From the NCBI RefSeq assembly GCF_018350175.1, contig NC_058368.1, positions 20,710,001 through 20,774,000 on the forward strand: DNA of 64,000 nt, written 5' to 3'. The position numbers and the translations under genes were made by a program. This document shows positions 62,972 to 64,000 of this stretch, one piece after another; positions within the stretch are counted from its first letter, which is position 1; each line of letters opens with the position of its first letter. Origin of the DNA: Felis catus (lineage: Eukaryota). Under the pieces are notes generated by a model, which did no database searches, had not been told where the DNA came from, and saw only the letters and a program-made list of their open reading frames with translations.

Positions 62972-63148
62972 TTGGTTCTCAAGCTGGCTATAAATTAGAA
63001 TCGCCTGTGGAACTTGAAAAACTTCTGATGCTCTGACTCCACCCCAGAGATTCTGCTTTAGTTGCTCTGAGGTGAGGCCTGGGTATCATCAGTGTTTCTT
63101 AAAAGCTTTTTAGATGATTCTAACGTGCAGACAGGGCTGAGAACCAGT
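62972..63148. mobile_element. MER5A MITE
   Basis: tggttctca ... tgagaacca inverted ends; attagaatcgcctgtgga...ccaccccagagattctg...gatgattctaacgtgcag. Confidence 0.9.
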
Positions 63149-63223
63149 AATCTAAAATAATGACATGCTGTTGTTAAGATCTTGTCTTTGTAATTCCCTC
63201 TGGGGAAATGAGAGGATGGCCAT

Positions 63224-63227
<4 letters not shown>

Positions 63228-63270
<43 letters not shown>

Positions 63271-63284
63271 CTTAATCACCTGGT

Positions 63285-63335
<51 letters not shown>
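63228..63335. repeat. (TG)20 - 20-nt spacer - (CA)24 inverted microsatellite
   Basis: Direct reading. Confidence 0.95.
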
Positions 63336-63336
<1 letters not shown>

Positions 63337-63454
63337 GTGGAAACCATTCAATAGCCTCAGCAGACCACGGGGTGCTGCTTCTGCCTGGTCCACAGCTGTG
63401 TCTTCTCAGGAGGCCTCATCTGAAACACTCAGACCCTTACTGTGCACATGTTTA

Positions 63455-64000
63455 AGCAGTGTGTGGCTCACGCTCAGGGAGTGGTTTTGTTTTTGCTGAA
63501 GCTATTTTGTTAGGCCATCTAATATAATACATTTAAATTAATAAAAGGGAGTCGAACAAATTTAACAGAGTATGATCATCTTTCCTTTGGGTCGTTCAAC
63601 CTCATCCTTTCAAGTCGCTTATGTCTTTGTAAATAAGCTTTTTTTAAAAAGGCAATACGATAAGCGGTCATGCCATTACTAAACCACAAATAACGATTTA
63701 TACGAAGAAAACCTGTCCTAATACTGTGGAAGTGGGTATTGGCAGTCTGGAATACAGTCTTCTGTGATAGCATCACATCTGGACTTACAAATAACTGTGT
63801 TGTCAAAGCGTGGGTGGCAGAGAAGATCATGTGATTTGGAAAACTGTTAAAAAGTCAAAAAGAGTTTCCAGTGATGGCAAAGTTGCTGAAGGCCACGACA
63901 CACATGATGCATCTAAATCAGACTGTTTCATGAAATGTCAGAGGAGAATAAAACAATATTTCCAAATTAATGAGTGTATATAATTTTATTTTCAGTTTTA
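63455..64000 (+). mobile_element. TcMar-Tc2/pogo DNA transposon fossil (Kanga2-like), C-terminal DDE transposase region; runs off the window
   Basis: 63572: MIIFPLGRSTSSFQVAYVFVNKLFLKRQY; 63700: IRRKPVLILWKWVLAVWNTVFCDSITSG; then a frameshift to GGREDHVIWK. These blocks are collinear with the pogo-family IPGG.TS.LQ.LDV.VNKPF...KP...EW...W...LDG.EDD..W pattern. Confidence 0.75.

Noticed and set aside
63576..63830. 84-aa minus-strand ORF as a gene
   Set aside because: It is the antisense shadow of the plus-strand transposase fossil
1..64000. A novel multi-gene, CRISPR-like or prokaryotic-type system
   Set aside because: Mammalian repeat-rich DNA with no long ORFs (longest 155 aa), no operon structure and no repeat-spacer array

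Overview
Mammalian genomic DNA, almost certainly felid (many Felidae-type CAN-SINEs, SINEC_Fc-like, and cat-type L1 3' ends). I find no protein-coding exon, RNA gene, CpG-island promoter or prokaryotic-type system that I can support. The supplied ORFs are repeat-derived or chance frames. The window looks like intergenic or large-intron DNA filled with layered transposon fossils: 13 CAN-SINEs (most with readable target-site duplications, TSDs), carnivore and ancient L1s, HAL1, L2/MIR, MaLR/ERVL solo LTRs and hAT/Tc2 DNA-transposon relics. The most noteworthy items are: a decayed pogo/Tc2 (Kanga-like) DDE transposase and a Zaphod-like hAT transposase, both missed by the ORF track; a near-perfect (TG)20-spacer-(CA)24 palindrome; a templated-insertion-like repair scar at about 1.8 kb; a 5'-complete, TSD-flanked L1 with an internal ORF1-ORF2 deletion inside a nested 10-kb element stack; and a SINE whose 22-nt deletion rebuilds a canonical Pol III B box. 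Repeat subfamily names are from my recall of consensus sequences and need Dfam/RepeatMasker confirmation. Boundaries of old elements are approximate. I do not see a previously undescribed biological system here.
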